Assembly (NCBI GenBank): GCA_963815195.1
Contig: CAWFGE010000023.1
Span: forward strand, 480,001-544,000
Source: an uncultured Planctomycetaceae bacterium
Lineage (GTDB): Bacteria > Planctomycetota > Planctomycetia > Planctomycetales > Planctomycetaceae
Length of the DNA stretch: 64,000 nt
Direction: 5' to 3'
A program made the translations under genes and the position numbers. Position 1 is the stretch's first letter. Each line of letters begins with the position of its first letter. Below the pieces are notes generated by a model. That model saw only the letters and a program-made list of their open reading frames with translations. It was not told the DNA's origin and did no database searches. Below are positions 32,509 through 42,980 of this stretch, piece by piece.

Positions 32509-33339
32509 ATGAAGACCGAATTTGACATTACGCCTCCGGATGATGAACTCTCAGAATTGTCCCGCGATCTCAGGTTCTATCCCGCCCGTCCCCAAACCGC
32601 CAAGGTTTTGACTCCCGAACAAGTCGAGCAATTCAACCGCGAGGGGTATTTGAAACCGTTTCGGATTTTCGACGACGACGAAATCGCCGGCATCCGCCGG
32701 TATTTCGACCGGCTGCTCGCGGATGCGCTGGCGGCGGGGAAAGACAGCTATTCCATCAGCACGGCCCATTTGCGGTACGGGCGGGTTTACGATCTTTTGA
32801 CCAATCCCCGGATCGTTGCCTTGGTGAAAGACCTGTTGGGCGAGAACGTGATTGCCTGGGGCTCGCATTTCTTTTGCAAAATGCCGCACGACGGCAAGCA
32901 GGTCGCCTGGCACCAGGATGCCAGCTATTGGCCGTTGACGCCCTCGAAGGCGGTCACCGTCTGGCTGGCCATTGACGACGCCGACACCGAAAACGCCTGC
33001 ATGCGCTTCATCGCCGGCTCCCATCATCACGGCCACCTCACCTACCGGCCCGCGGATTCCGCCGAGCATAGCGTCTTGGGGCAGTCCATCGACAATCCGC
33101 AGCAATACGGCACCATCGTCGACGATGTCCTCAAAGCCGGCGAGGCCTCGCTGCATTCAGACTTGCTTTTGCACGGGTCCGAGGCGAACAATTCCGACCG
33201 CCGGCGTTGCGGACTGACGCTCCGCTATTGTGCCGCGGATGTCCGGGCCGGCATGAGCTGGAACCAGAAAGGCGTCATCATCTCCGGAGAAGATCCCAGC
33301 GGCCACTGGGCGAACCCGCGCCGCCCGCTCGACGATTGA
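32509..33339 (+). CDS. Phytanoyl-CoA dioxygenase family protein
   Basis: WHQDASYW, VWLAIDD, LHGSEAN, RR. Confidence 0.9.
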   Translation: MKTEFDITPPDDELSELSRDLRFYPARPQTAKVLTPEQVEQFNREGYLKPFRIFDDDEIAGIRRYFDRLLADALAAGKDSYSISTAHLRYGRVYDLLTNPRIVALVKDLLGENVIAWGSHFFCKMPHDGKQVAWHQDASYWPLTPSKAVTVWLAIDDADTENACMRFIAGSHHHGHLTYRPADSAEHSVLGQSIDNPQQYGTIVDDVLKAGEASLHSDLLLHGSEANNSDRRRCGLTLRYCAADVRAGMSWNQKGVIISGEDPSGHWANPRRPLDD

Positions 33340-33388
33340 ATCTGTGAAACCTGAGCGGCTGGTCGCTAGCCGCCGGTCTTTATTCTCC

Positions 33389-34537
33389 ATGTCCGATTCC
33401 CCAAACCCAATTTTCCGTCCGCCGACAGCCGCGTATGTGCACGTGCCGTTTTGCGTGCATCGGTGCGGGTATTGTGATTTCACACTCGTCGCCCGGCGGG
33501 ATGACTTGATCGGCGACTACCTCAAGGCTCTGGAGAAGGATCTCCAGACGCTGGGGCAACCACAAACCGTGGACACACTGTTTTTGGGAGGCGGAACGCC
33601 GACGCATTTGCCGGTTCGCGAACTGGAGCGGTTGCTTTCGCTCGCCCGCCATTGGTTTCCGCCCCTTGAAGGTTACGAATTCGGCGTGGAAGCCAATCCC
33701 GCCGGGTTGTCGGCCGAGAAAATCCGCCTGCTCGCCGACGCCGGCGTGAACCGTGTGAGCCTCGGCGCCCAATCGTTCGATCACGAAGTGCTCAAGTTTT
33801 TGGAACGCGATCACGACCTGTCCGATATTCAAATGGCGGTGGACCAGATCAAGCCGCGGATCCCAAACGTCTCGCTGGATTTGATCTTCGGCGTGCCGGG
33901 GCAAAGCCTGGCTTCCTGGCAGGAGACGCTCCGGCAGGCGATCGCATTGGAGCCGTTGCACCTCTCGACATACGGCCTGACGTTCGAAAAGGGCACTTCC
34001 TTCTGGACTCGCTTGCAGAAAGGTTTGATCGCGAGGGCTCCGGACGAATTGGAGCGGGACATGTACGCCGCCGCGATGGACGATTTATCGGCCGCGAGTT
34101 TTGAGCAATACGAAATCTCCAACTTCGCCCGCCCGGGCTTTCGCTGCCGGCATAACCTCACCTATTGGCAGGGCCTCTCTTATTTTGGATTCGGGCCGGG
34201 AGCGGTTCGCTATCAAAACGGCCGGCGGGAGATGAACCACCGCAGCGTGACCACCTGGATCCAGCGCGTGCTCGCTTCGGAATCGGCCCTCATGGACGCG
34301 GAGGAATTGTCGGAAGAAGACCGCGCCCGCGAACTCTGCGTCTTGGGACTCCGCCTCTCTGAAGGCTGCGACCTCAAGGCGTTTGAAGAGCGGACGGGCT
34401 ATGAACTCCCGCGTCTCGCCGGCGATGCGATCCGCAGGAACCAAAACCTCGGCCTCCTGGAGCAGACGGAAACCCATCTCCGGCTGACCCGCGAGGGCCG
34501 CTTCCTGGCGGACAGCGTCGTGGCGGACTTTCTGTGA
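33389..34537 (+). CDS. hemW: Radical SAM heme chaperone
   Basis: YVHVPFCVHRCGYCDF, GGGTPT, YEISNFA, HNLTYW. Confidence 0.9.
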   Translation: MSDSPNPIFRPPTAAYVHVPFCVHRCGYCDFTLVARRDDLIGDYLKALEKDLQTLGQPQTVDTLFLGGGTPTHLPVRELERLLSLARHWFPPLEGYEFGVEANPAGLSAEKIRLLADAGVNRVSLGAQSFDHEVLKFLERDHDLSDIQMAVDQIKPRIPNVSLDLIFGVPGQSLASWQETLRQAIALEPLHLSTYGLTFEKGTSFWTRLQKGLIARAPDELERDMYAAAMDDLSAASFEQYEISNFARPGFRCRHNLTYWQGLSYFGFGPGAVRYQNGRREMNHRSVTTWIQRVLASESALMDAEELSEEDRARELCVLGLRLSEGCDLKAFEERTGYELPRLAGDAIRRNQNLGLLEQTETHLRLTREGRFLADSVVADFL

Positions 34538-34627
34538 GTGTTGACCCGAAGACGCTCGCGTCGGGTCTTGGTGAATGGAGAGCCCCAATACCAACACCGG
34601 CGGCTACGCCCAGCCGCTCCGAGGCGG

Positions 34628-35956
34628 TTATTCCACGAGCTTGATGCGGACGGTTTCCTTGCGTTTCTCGCGAAGCACGGTGAGCGGAAGCGTTTGGCCG
34701 ACTTTGTAGTGCAGTTTGATGTGGGCGTTGAATTGCTTGTTCGTCCAGTCGCCGAGCGGTTTGCCGTCCAGTTCCACAATCACGTCGCCTTCTCGAAGCC
34801 CCCCGTCGCGGGCGGATTTTCCTCCGGGCGAACCGGTGTTGATCCACTTCACCAACAAGGCGGTCTGGTTGGCGGGGATCCCGTGTTTGCGGCGTTCTTC
34901 CTCGCTGACGTTCGGCGCAAAAACGCGAAGTTTGGGGGCCACGGACCACATCGAACCCCGCCACGAAATGTCGCTGACTTTCCAGCCCTTTTTGAGCTTC
35001 AGGACGTGCTCGCCGGTTTTGGCTGTGGCGACTTTGAGTTCGGCGTCGGCGTTCGGCAAATGATGCAGCACCCACTGCATGTCCGCGATCGAGGTGACCG
35101 CCTGGCCGTTCATGTGGGTCACAACTTCGCCGGTTCCGATCCCCGCCGCCGCCGCGGGCGAGTCCGGTTTGACCTGGTCCACGCGCCGGCCGTCTTTGGC
35201 GTTGATGATCAAGCCGACGTTGTCGGGCAATGGGTATCGCCAAAGCAGGTCCTCGGTGAATTGGCCCGAGTCCTGGGCTTGCTGGTTGAGGGCGTCGTGG
35301 ATGTTGTGGCAATGGATGCAGTTCTGGCGGGTCGTGGGACCTCCTCGTTGTTCCTTGTTGTGAAGGCCCGGCATGTCGAGGGCGGTTCGATACGGCTTTT
35401 GCGGTCCGCGTTTGCCTTGGAGTTCGGCTTTGTTCTTGGGATAGTTGCGGTGGAGTTCCAGCACGCGCCGCATGGTGGTTTCCAGGCCGGCGATGGAATT
35501 GTACGCGTCGGGGCCTTTCGCGCTTTGCGTGCCGTAGCGGGCGTAAACGGTGCCGTCGGCGTTGATGAACATCGCGGCCCAGTTCAGATCGTGGTCGAAT
35601 TCAAACTGCGAGAGATCGACGCCCTTCATTTCCACCTGCCGCACGGAAACGAACGACTGGCGGGCCAGGCGATCGATGATTTCGCTGTCCTTGGCCACCG
35701 TCGCATCGAACGCGGAGCAGGATTGGCAAGGCACGCAGCGGAAAGTGACGAAGATCGGCTTATTCTCCCGGCGGGCCTCTTCGCGGGCGAACTTGAGGTT
35801 GTTATAGATCCAAAGGTCCGTGCCCTCGGCATGCTTGTCCTTGAGCGTTTCCCGGAGCCGATCGGTGAGGTCGTCGCCCATCGCGGACTGGGAAAGCCCC
35901 GCCCACGCCAAACCAAGAATCAACGCGAGCGAAAGCAGTCGTAATCGGCACCGCAT
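34628..35956 (-). CDS. Thioredoxin-like (Trx7) / PDZ domain protein
   Basis: Signal peptide, FRCVPCQSC, CIHCH, two PDZ-like segments. Confidence 0.8.
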   Translation of the reverse strand: MRCRLRLLSLALILGLAWAGLSQSAMGDDLTDRLRETLKDKHAEGTDLWIYNNLKFAREEARRENKPIFVTFRCVPCQSCSAFDATVAKDSEIIDRLARQSFVSVRQVEMKGVDLSQFEFDHDLNWAAMFINADGTVYARYGTQSAKGPDAYNSIAGLETTMRRVLELHRNYPKNKAELQGKRGPQKPYRTALDMPGLHNKEQRGGPTTRQNCIHCHNIHDALNQQAQDSGQFTEDLLWRYPLPDNVGLIINAKDGRRVDQVKPDSPAAAAGIGTGEVVTHMNGQAVTSIADMQWVLHHLPNADAELKVATAKTGEHVLKLKKGWKVSDISWRGSMWSVAPKLRVFAPNVSEEERRKHGIPANQTALLVKWINTGSPGGKSARDGGLREGDVIVELDGKPLGDWTNKQFNAHIKLHYKVGQTLPLTVLREKRKETVRIKLVE

Positions 35957-36092
35957 AGGAACCCTTTCCACGGACGTTAAAGAGTCGAAGAGTGAAGCCT
36001 CGGACAATGGAAACAACGAATCATGGGTCACAAAATTATGTCGGCCATCGGAGCGGCGAGTTGCATTTTCGTCGATCGATTCCGGCCGCGAT

Positions 36093-36960
36093 CTATTTCT
36101 TGCCCAGTTCGACGCCCATGTCCCGCATGAGAAACTTCATGTCTTCCCAAACGTCTTTCTTCGTCGGTTCGTACCTGAGCAGATAGGAGGGATGATAGGT
36201 GCACAGCACCTTGGCCCGGCCGTGCTGGAAAAACTTGCCCCGCAGCCGGCCGATCGAGGATGTGGTGTCGAGCAGGTTGCGGGCGGCGACGGAGCCCAGG
36301 CACACGATGTAGTCGGGATCGATGATCGCGATCTGGCCGTTCAAATATTCCCGGCAGTTGTCGGCTTCCTCGTCGGTCGGGTTTCGGTTGTTGGGCGGTC
36401 GGCAGCGGAGGATGTTGCAGATGTAAACTTCCTCGCGAGTGAGCGTGCAGGCTTTGATGATCCGGTCCAAAAGCTGCCCCGCCCGGCCGACGAATGGCTC
36501 GCCTTGCCGGTCTTCATCCGCCCCCGGGGCTTCGCCTAAAAACAGGATCTTCGCTTCGGGATTGCCGACGCCGAACACGGTTTGGGTGCGGGTGTCGGCC
36601 AATTCCTGGCAGCGGGTGCAGCCGGCGACCTGTTTGGCGAGTTCGCCCAATTCATGCTCCCGCTCCGATCGCGAAAGGCGCAGGGCCGGGCCGGGGCGCG
36701 GAGAACAACGCCGGCGTTTCCTCCGGTTGGGAAGGCTTTCGCTCCGCGGCGGCACGCGATGCCGGTGCCGCGGCTTTTTTCCGCGCGGAGGGTGGGGCGG
36801 TGTCTTGGGGTTTTGTTGGGGCGGGGGCGTTCAGAAAAGGCGAGAGATCGCATTTCCCCTCGGCTTGAGGGAGATGCTTTACGCCCGCGCGGGACAGGCT
36901 CAAAAGCTCTTGGGCCAAACCGCGTTTTAACCGGGCCACGTCAAATTCTGCGTGTTCCAT
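36093..36960 (-). CDS. Family 4 uracil-DNA glycosylase; frameshift near 36660-36750
   Basis: CTRC, GEAPG, PFVGRAG, CRPPNNR, YHPSYL. Confidence 0.9.
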
Positions 36961-36992
36961 GAAATCTTGATCGCTGGTCGAAAGCCGCCGAG

Positions 36993-38300
36993 TCACGGAA
37001 GCGCGGGCACATTGCCGGCTCCGTTTTTCTGCGCGGCGTGCCAGAGCTTCCAGGTGCGTTCGTTGTAGCCGAAGTTTTTGCCGGTGATTTTTTGAAGAGC
37101 CTCCAAAACTTCGCGGTTTTGCTCCTCGCGTTCGATCGTCACGACTTTGGTTTGCTGCGGCGTTTGCGGCTGGTTGATGATGACGCCGTTGTATTGCCCG
37201 GTCCTAAGTCCGATGGCCACCTGGGGCGGGAGGGACACGCCGCCGTTGGTCATCCCGCCGCCGTTCGCGAGAAAGCCGGGACTGCCCGGCACGGGCACGC
37301 GGACCTGGTATTGATGCGTCGTAATCAAGGCCTCGATCAACTGCGGCACCGCGCGGTCGTCCGCCATCCGCCCCAGGGCTTGTCCCGCCCTCCCGACGAC
37401 CGCGTTCACGCTGTTTTTCAATTCGCGGATATAAAGCGGCACGGCGGCTTCGTACTGTTCCGGTTTGATCGAGTTCAACGACGCGTAGCGAATTTCATAA
37501 TCGACGTCGTGCAGCGATTGGGTCACGAGCGCCGCCACGGGCTTCGGGCCGGGGATGTTTGCCAGAATCGCGACATACATGCTCCGCAGCCGTTTGTCCT
37601 CCTCGTCTTGAAAATTCTTCACCAGCGCGGCGACGGCATCGGGATTCTTGAGTTCCCGCAACGTCTGCAGCGCATCGCGGCTCCGCCCGGCGTGGCTGCC
37701 CGTCAACCAGTACTTCCAAAGATGCACCTGCTGAAACCATTTCTCTTCCCGTTCGCGCTCGGCTTCGGTTTTTTCCGTCAACTCGACTTCCTGCGGCGTC
37801 ATCCACTTGCCCTTGTGCTTGACGTAGCCCTGGGAGGTCATCCGCTCTTCGCGGGTCATCCACACGCCGTCCACTTTGGTGTGTTTGAGTCCATAGTGGG
37901 CTTTTTCGTGGTCGGGATCGAGCTTGATGATATGGTCCAGATGCGCCTTGCGCTGGCTGCGGAGATTGTGCTCCCGGCACCACTCGGCCAGCTTCCATTG
38001 GGCCTCGATCGTGATCGGTGTCCGCTTGGCGCGGGTTTCGTATTCTTCGAACTTCAGCGGGCGGCGGGTGACGAACTCGATCTGGTCCTGGGCGACAACA
38101 ACTTGGGTTCCCGTAAGCGTGGTGATCGTCACCTCCGGCCCGGAAGTCGCGCCCTTTTCGAAAGGGATTTCCCCGCGGAGCTCCCCGCCGCTTTTGAGGC
38201 GAATCAAATCGGCCCGCGCCGCCGGTGGAGAGAGAAAAACCCCACAGCCCAAACCGAGCCAAACGAGCATCGTTGGAGAATAAATCAGCCGAAACACCAT
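36993..38300 (-). CDS. Secreted HEAT-repeat protein
   Basis: ADLIRLKSGG, LAEWC, AVPQLIEAL; candidate promoter TTGCCG-N18-TACAAT at 38364-38393. Confidence 0.75.
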   Translation of the reverse strand: MVFRLIYSPTMLVWLGLGCGVFLSPPAARADLIRLKSGGELRGEIPFEKGATSGPEVTITTLTGTQVVVAQDQIEFVTRRPLKFEEYETRAKRTPITIEAQWKLAEWCREHNLRSQRKAHLDHIIKLDPDHEKAHYGLKHTKVDGVWMTREERMTSQGYVKHKGKWMTPQEVELTEKTEAEREREEKWFQQVHLWKYWLTGSHAGRSRDALQTLRELKNPDAVAALVKNFQDEEDKRLRSMYVAILANIPGPKPVAALVTQSLHDVDYEIRYASLNSIKPEQYEAAVPLYIRELKNSVNAVVGRAGQALGRMADDRAVPQLIEALITTHQYQVRVPVPGSPGFLANGGGMTNGGVSLPPQVAIGLRTGQYNGVIINQPQTPQQTKVVTIEREEQNREVLEALQKITGKNFGYNERTWKLWHAAQKNGAGNVPALP

Positions 38301-38418
38301 CGCCTCCCTTCCGAACGGAGCCGCCTTCCAGGAATTGAGTTTGGGGAACCCGCGTTCTCCGCGATTGTACCCCATTTCCCCCGCAGTCGGCAAGAAGCGG
38401 GGAGTCGCCAGGATTTAT

Positions 38419-39983
38419 GTGTGTGGCCGGAAATTCTGGCGGGGTTAAGTTGGTTGGTCAATTGAGGTTCCAGTGAGAGTCCCAGGCGTGGCTTTGGTGG
38501 AGGGCTTCCAAGGCCATTACGGCCAGGGCGTTGTCGGGATCCCAGCGGCGGCCTTTGCCTTTGATGCGGCTGGTGGTCGTGCGGCATTGGGCTTCGGTTG
38601 GACCGCTGCCGATTTGCCACCCGTTGGCGCGGAACTCGGGGTATTTAATCAGATGGCTGCGTTCGGCCATGTAGTGCAAGAGTCCATCCAGGGCTTGCTT
38701 TTTCGTTTCGTTTTCCAGTTGGGCCCGCTGGGTCGTGAGCTCGATCCCACGCTGTTTCGTAACCTTCATGCTTGAAGGTGTGCATCAATTCGTCCAGCCA
38801 GCTTTTGCCGGCTTCGTCGTCTCCGTAAAGCGACCGCCGCGTCTTTTGCGCGTAATCCCGAAGATGCCAGAAGTCGAGTCCGCGGGCGGTCAACCGCAGG
38901 CCTTGTTTCTCCGCTTGGCGATCGATCCACACGGCCCCGTCATAAATCCCGATCGAAGCGTCCGCCTGATCCAACTGAATCCGCGAGGCGTCCCGGCGCA
39001 TCACCCGCCCGACCACTTCATGGTCGCCCCGGCTGACGCTGATCCAGCGGTTTTCCTGGTCTTCCGAATAAAACTGCACCAGACGAAATTCCTTGTACGG
39101 GCCGTCGGCGCCCGGCTTCAATCGTTCCAACGGATTGAGAGAGCGGCCCTCGGATTTGCGTTCTTTCCGTTTCTCGACGACCTGAGCCCGCCGCTGCTTC
39201 TTTTCCGTCTCCGTGATCACGGGAACCTTCACGCCGTCACAACCGAAATACACGCGAGTTTCGCCCTCAGGGGTTTGGCAATCCGACGCCTCCCAGTCGG
39301 GCCTCAGTTCGTTGCGACGCGTTTGTTCCAAGACCGTTTGGCCTTCGGCTTCGATCAATTGCCGGAGCGTTTCCTTGCCGATCGAAAGCCCCGCCGCACG
39401 CTTCAGGGTCACGGACAGTTCCAGAAAACTGCTTTCGCAACGGTTCAATCGGCAGGCCAATTCGACGACGCCTTGCGTGAACTGCTGGCAGGCTTCGTCC
39501 AACCACTCATCCAGCGGCGTCACGCTGCCGCCGCCGGCTGGTTGCCAGCGAATCCGGCGAAGCTTAACCCGCCCGTTGACCGTCATCACGGTGTGCTTCT
39601 GGCGACCTTTGTTGCGCATGGGTGTTCCCGTCGCTTCGTTCTCCGGAGGGGGGAAAAGCGGACTCGGCTGAGTCCGCTCGCATCTGCACGGCCCGCTCGT
39701 AAGCCCGGCGGCGAAACTCGTGCATCAACTGCCGCACTTGCTCCTCACTGTCGGCAATCACGCGACCGCCCGGCGCCGCATTCACGGCCTCCATCACTTC
39801 GCCCAACAAGCCCTCAAGCTCCGACCGCATTGACTCGATATAAACCTCTTTGGCAACTCGGGGTTCCTGCATCGCAATCCCTCCTCTGGAAGTGAAATCA
39901 ACTCGCCCCCGCACATCGCGGACGACAGGATTGCCTACTTTACACACTCTACCCAGTTCGCGCCATAGAAAACGGCCAGACAC
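38419..39983 (-). mobile_element. ISKra4-like IS, copy 3 (1565 bp, one extra base near 38742)
   Basis: gagctCgatccc versus gagctgatccc in copy 2. Confidence 0.93.
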
Positions 39984-40016
39984 TCTGCGGTCGGATTCCG
40001 CCGGAGGCAAGTGCCA

Positions 40017-41546
40017 TCAAACATAGTATCGAAGCGTGTATTGCCTGTCGTCCGGATGCAGTCCGCGATTGGCGAGGAGAATCTCGCCTATCCGTTTTGA
40101 GTACTTCACCGTGATGGGCTCGGATTCGCCGTAGCCGCAGGCATTGTAGTTGAGCTTTGTCAGACCAAGGATGTCGGCGGCCACCTGTTGGAGGTCGGTT
40201 TCTCCATGCTGGAGCGAGATCGAGAGTGGCACGGGAGTCTCGAATCCCTCGTATGTTCCAAGTCTGGGCACGAAGCCAGTCGTGTAAAGGAGTCCAAACC
40301 GCTGAGTCCGTTGCCAGAATAAACCCCGCAGTGGAGGACGATTGCCGTCCCGGAACAGTCTCGGCCCATTGTAATCCTGCCGAACGCGGACGGCCGTGAG
40401 TTTGCAGCCGAGTGGGATCGCCCGTGTGTAACCCGCGAACTCATCGTCGTTGATCGAGGAGTGAGAGTGCAGAAATACTTCTTTGAGTGGACGACCGTCC
40501 TGACGCTCGTAAGTCTCGATGGTCCCCCGGAGTAGATCCTCAGCGGCTTGCGACGACAGATGGAACTGTTCGTCCTCAGGTGAGTACCAGGGACCAAACT
40601 CGCCGACGAAGACGACGCCATCGCCCGTGTCGAGAAAGAGCTGGGCCGCGCAGCACGCATCCCGTTTCTTGTCATCTGACTGACGAAAAGCTAGGCCGAC
40701 GTAGCAGACTCCATCCCGGGCAGTCGCCAACTTCCACGGCTTCTGACCGCATTTGTAGGCCAATCCAGTGCTAAGATTCCAAAGTCGATCGGATAATGGG
40801 TTGTCACCTGGCTCACCGTCTTCGACCTTCTGTGTGACTTGGAGCGTCGACTCTTTGACGATCTGCACGGGAATACCGTGCGGCATCACCTTCGCCTTCA
40901 ACTGTCGACGGAAATCCGGCGAAAAATCGAAACACTCCAGGTCGCCATCCGATTCATTATCTTCGTCGAAGACAAAGCGTTGCTGCCCCTTTCGCTTGTC
41001 CTCGATCTGGGATTTGAGTACCGCCTGCTCACCCCGAGATCGGGGTGTATCACTTTTGTCCGAAATGTACGACTCCGGTCGGCAATTGTTGTAAACCACA
41101 TCGGGCACAATACAGATGGCAATAACCGGCGTCGCATCGAGCTTTTTCATCGTACTGAACGCTTCGAGATAGCACTGCACTGCATCGGCGGCCCGTTCGT
41201 ATCGATCGCTCCGCCTGGCGGCGACGTCCAGCCGCTGAGCATCGAGCCCGTATGACTTCAATGGGAAAGGCCAGGGGCTCCCGAAAGCCACGTCGAATCC
41301 CGGAAAGACAGGCCACGCTCTCAGCCGCGAATGATCCTTACACGCGGCCGGTCGATTCATCCTATGCCGCCATTTTTCCCACAGTGTCAGCCCGACTTCT
41401 GTGCCGACCACTACATGGGTCGACCGATCCTGCGTTGCTGACCCAAAGCAGCCGAACAGACTCAGGCCATCATGAGGATCAAGAGTGGTCTGCCCCTCAC
41501 CAAACTCCAACTCCGGTTCGTCCAACAAGATGAGTTGCTCAGTCAT
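40017..41546 (-). CDS. Short prokaryotic Argonaute (MID-PIWI only, catalytically inactive)
   Basis: EPELEFG start, DFRRQLKA..IPVQIVKESTL, AYKCGQKPWKL, CYVGLAF (no catalytic Asp), DILGLTKLNYN, PITVKYS; 509 aa. Confidence 0.93.
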   Translation of the reverse strand: MTEQLILLDEPELEFGEGQTTLDPHDGLSLFGCFGSATQDRSTHVVVGTEVGLTLWEKWRHRMNRPAACKDHSRLRAWPVFPGFDVAFGSPWPFPLKSYGLDAQRLDVAARRSDRYERAADAVQCYLEAFSTMKKLDATPVIAICIVPDVVYNNCRPESYISDKSDTPRSRGEQAVLKSQIEDKRKGQQRFVFDEDNESDGDLECFDFSPDFRRQLKAKVMPHGIPVQIVKESTLQVTQKVEDGEPGDNPLSDRLWNLSTGLAYKCGQKPWKLATARDGVCYVGLAFRQSDDKKRDACCAAQLFLDTGDGVVFVGEFGPWYSPEDEQFHLSSQAAEDLLRGTIETYERQDGRPLKEVFLHSHSSINDDEFAGYTRAIPLGCKLTAVRVRQDYNGPRLFRDGNRPPLRGLFWQRTQRFGLLYTTGFVPRLGTYEGFETPVPLSISLQHGETDLQQVAADILGLTKLNYNACGYGESEPITVKYSKRIGEILLANRGLHPDDRQYTLRYYV

Positions 41547-42980
41547 CACTTGCTCCTGAATCGTCGGTTGGCTGCTGTCTGGCACGTCGAGACTCCTTCT
41601 GCTCCTCCATCATTCGCTCGATCGCACTCGCGTCGATGGACACCGGGCAGGTCCAAGACTTGGGCGTCGCGCTGACTGCAAACAGTCGATCTCCGGTACC
41701 GATTTCGACGACACCATCCCGACTGATGTGCTGGATCGTAGCAAGCGTCTTGGCGAACCAGTGCTGGTTGTACCATCCCTTCGCGGCATCCTTTCTGCGC
41801 CGATGACGGCACGGCCTGAGTGTGGCGTACCGGCCTCATCGGTCACACGGATCGCGAGCCGCAAACGGACCTCCCAGGAATCGGCTTCGGATGAACCCGA
41901 AGCGAAGAATTTGGGGGCGATCTGGTAGCGGTACACTTCGTTCGGCTGCGGGCCCGGCCGAAACAAGGACTTCTTACCTGTGACACCGGTGTTGCGGTTC
42001 TTCCCATTGACATCAACATAAGAGATGCGACGTGAGTCCTGGTCTTCAACTGGAAAGTAAATCAGCTCACGATCCGGACACCACATCAGCCCAGCTCTAT
42101 AACAGGCCGCCTCCAGACATCGCCTCACCAATTCAGTCACGACGTGTCTTGGATGGCGTCCTGCAAAGTGTGTTTCACGAGAATCGGGATCTGTGCAGGA
42201 GATGAGTGCCTCCGCAAACCTTTGACGCGAGTCGACCAAATCATGACCCGGTGGATAGTGAAACGACAGTGCCCGCTGACCGACAAGGACGAATGCCCAA
42301 TTCTCACGAAGTTGTTGAAGCTGTAGAGGGTTCGGTTTCCTTCGCAGCGGAACGGAAAGAACTGACTCGGGAAGGCTGAGTACAGGAAAGGCATTTGAAT
42401 ACAGAGTCTCCGCGTTCTCTGTCGTGAGTGGCTCAGGAATCAACGAACCAAGCGCCATCGCACGTCCGGACTCAATGTCCCACGATTGGGGCACATCATG
42501 CTTCTGGAAGTGCCTCAGCAATGTGTCCAATCCAAGCACCCAGCCATTCTCAAAGCTGATGACGTCGATTCCCTCGACACGGCTGCTGAGTGGTGGCACT
42601 GCTTCGGAAGTAGGTTGGAGAGGGAGGAGACAGTTCTCAATTGATGCGGAGACCTCACAACGCCCACGGAGATCTCCGTCGGCTCTGCCGGTTGGTGAAA
42701 GGATTGCCAGATGGCTAGCCGCCCGCCGCTCAATGAGTCCTCGAATCGCCGCATCGCGATTCAGTCCGGCATAGGGGGACATTCCGTTGCAGCAGACGTT
42801 GTATCCGGCAAGTTCGAGACGTCGTGTCAGCCAGGCGGCTAATGGGAAGTCTTCGTCGACATGGTCGATCAGAACGAGATCTCGCTGCTCCTTTCCAATC
42901 AGTTCGCCGCCAATGTTGTCGAAGAATCTCGGCGAGAAAATCGAAGGATATGCCGAGAGCAAGTGATTTGCTGGACCGGC

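Noticed and set aside
34628..35956. Selenoprotein
   Set aside because: The motif is CVPC with Cys codons and there is no in-frame TGA.
23161..39983. Composite transposon formed by IS copies 2 and 3
   Set aside because: Copy 2 has its own TSD, the outer flanks do not match, and the enclosed genes are ordinary chromosomal ones.
40017..41546. Active long Argonaute nuclease
   Set aside because: Only ~509 aa, no N or PAZ domain, and the catalytic tetrad is absent.
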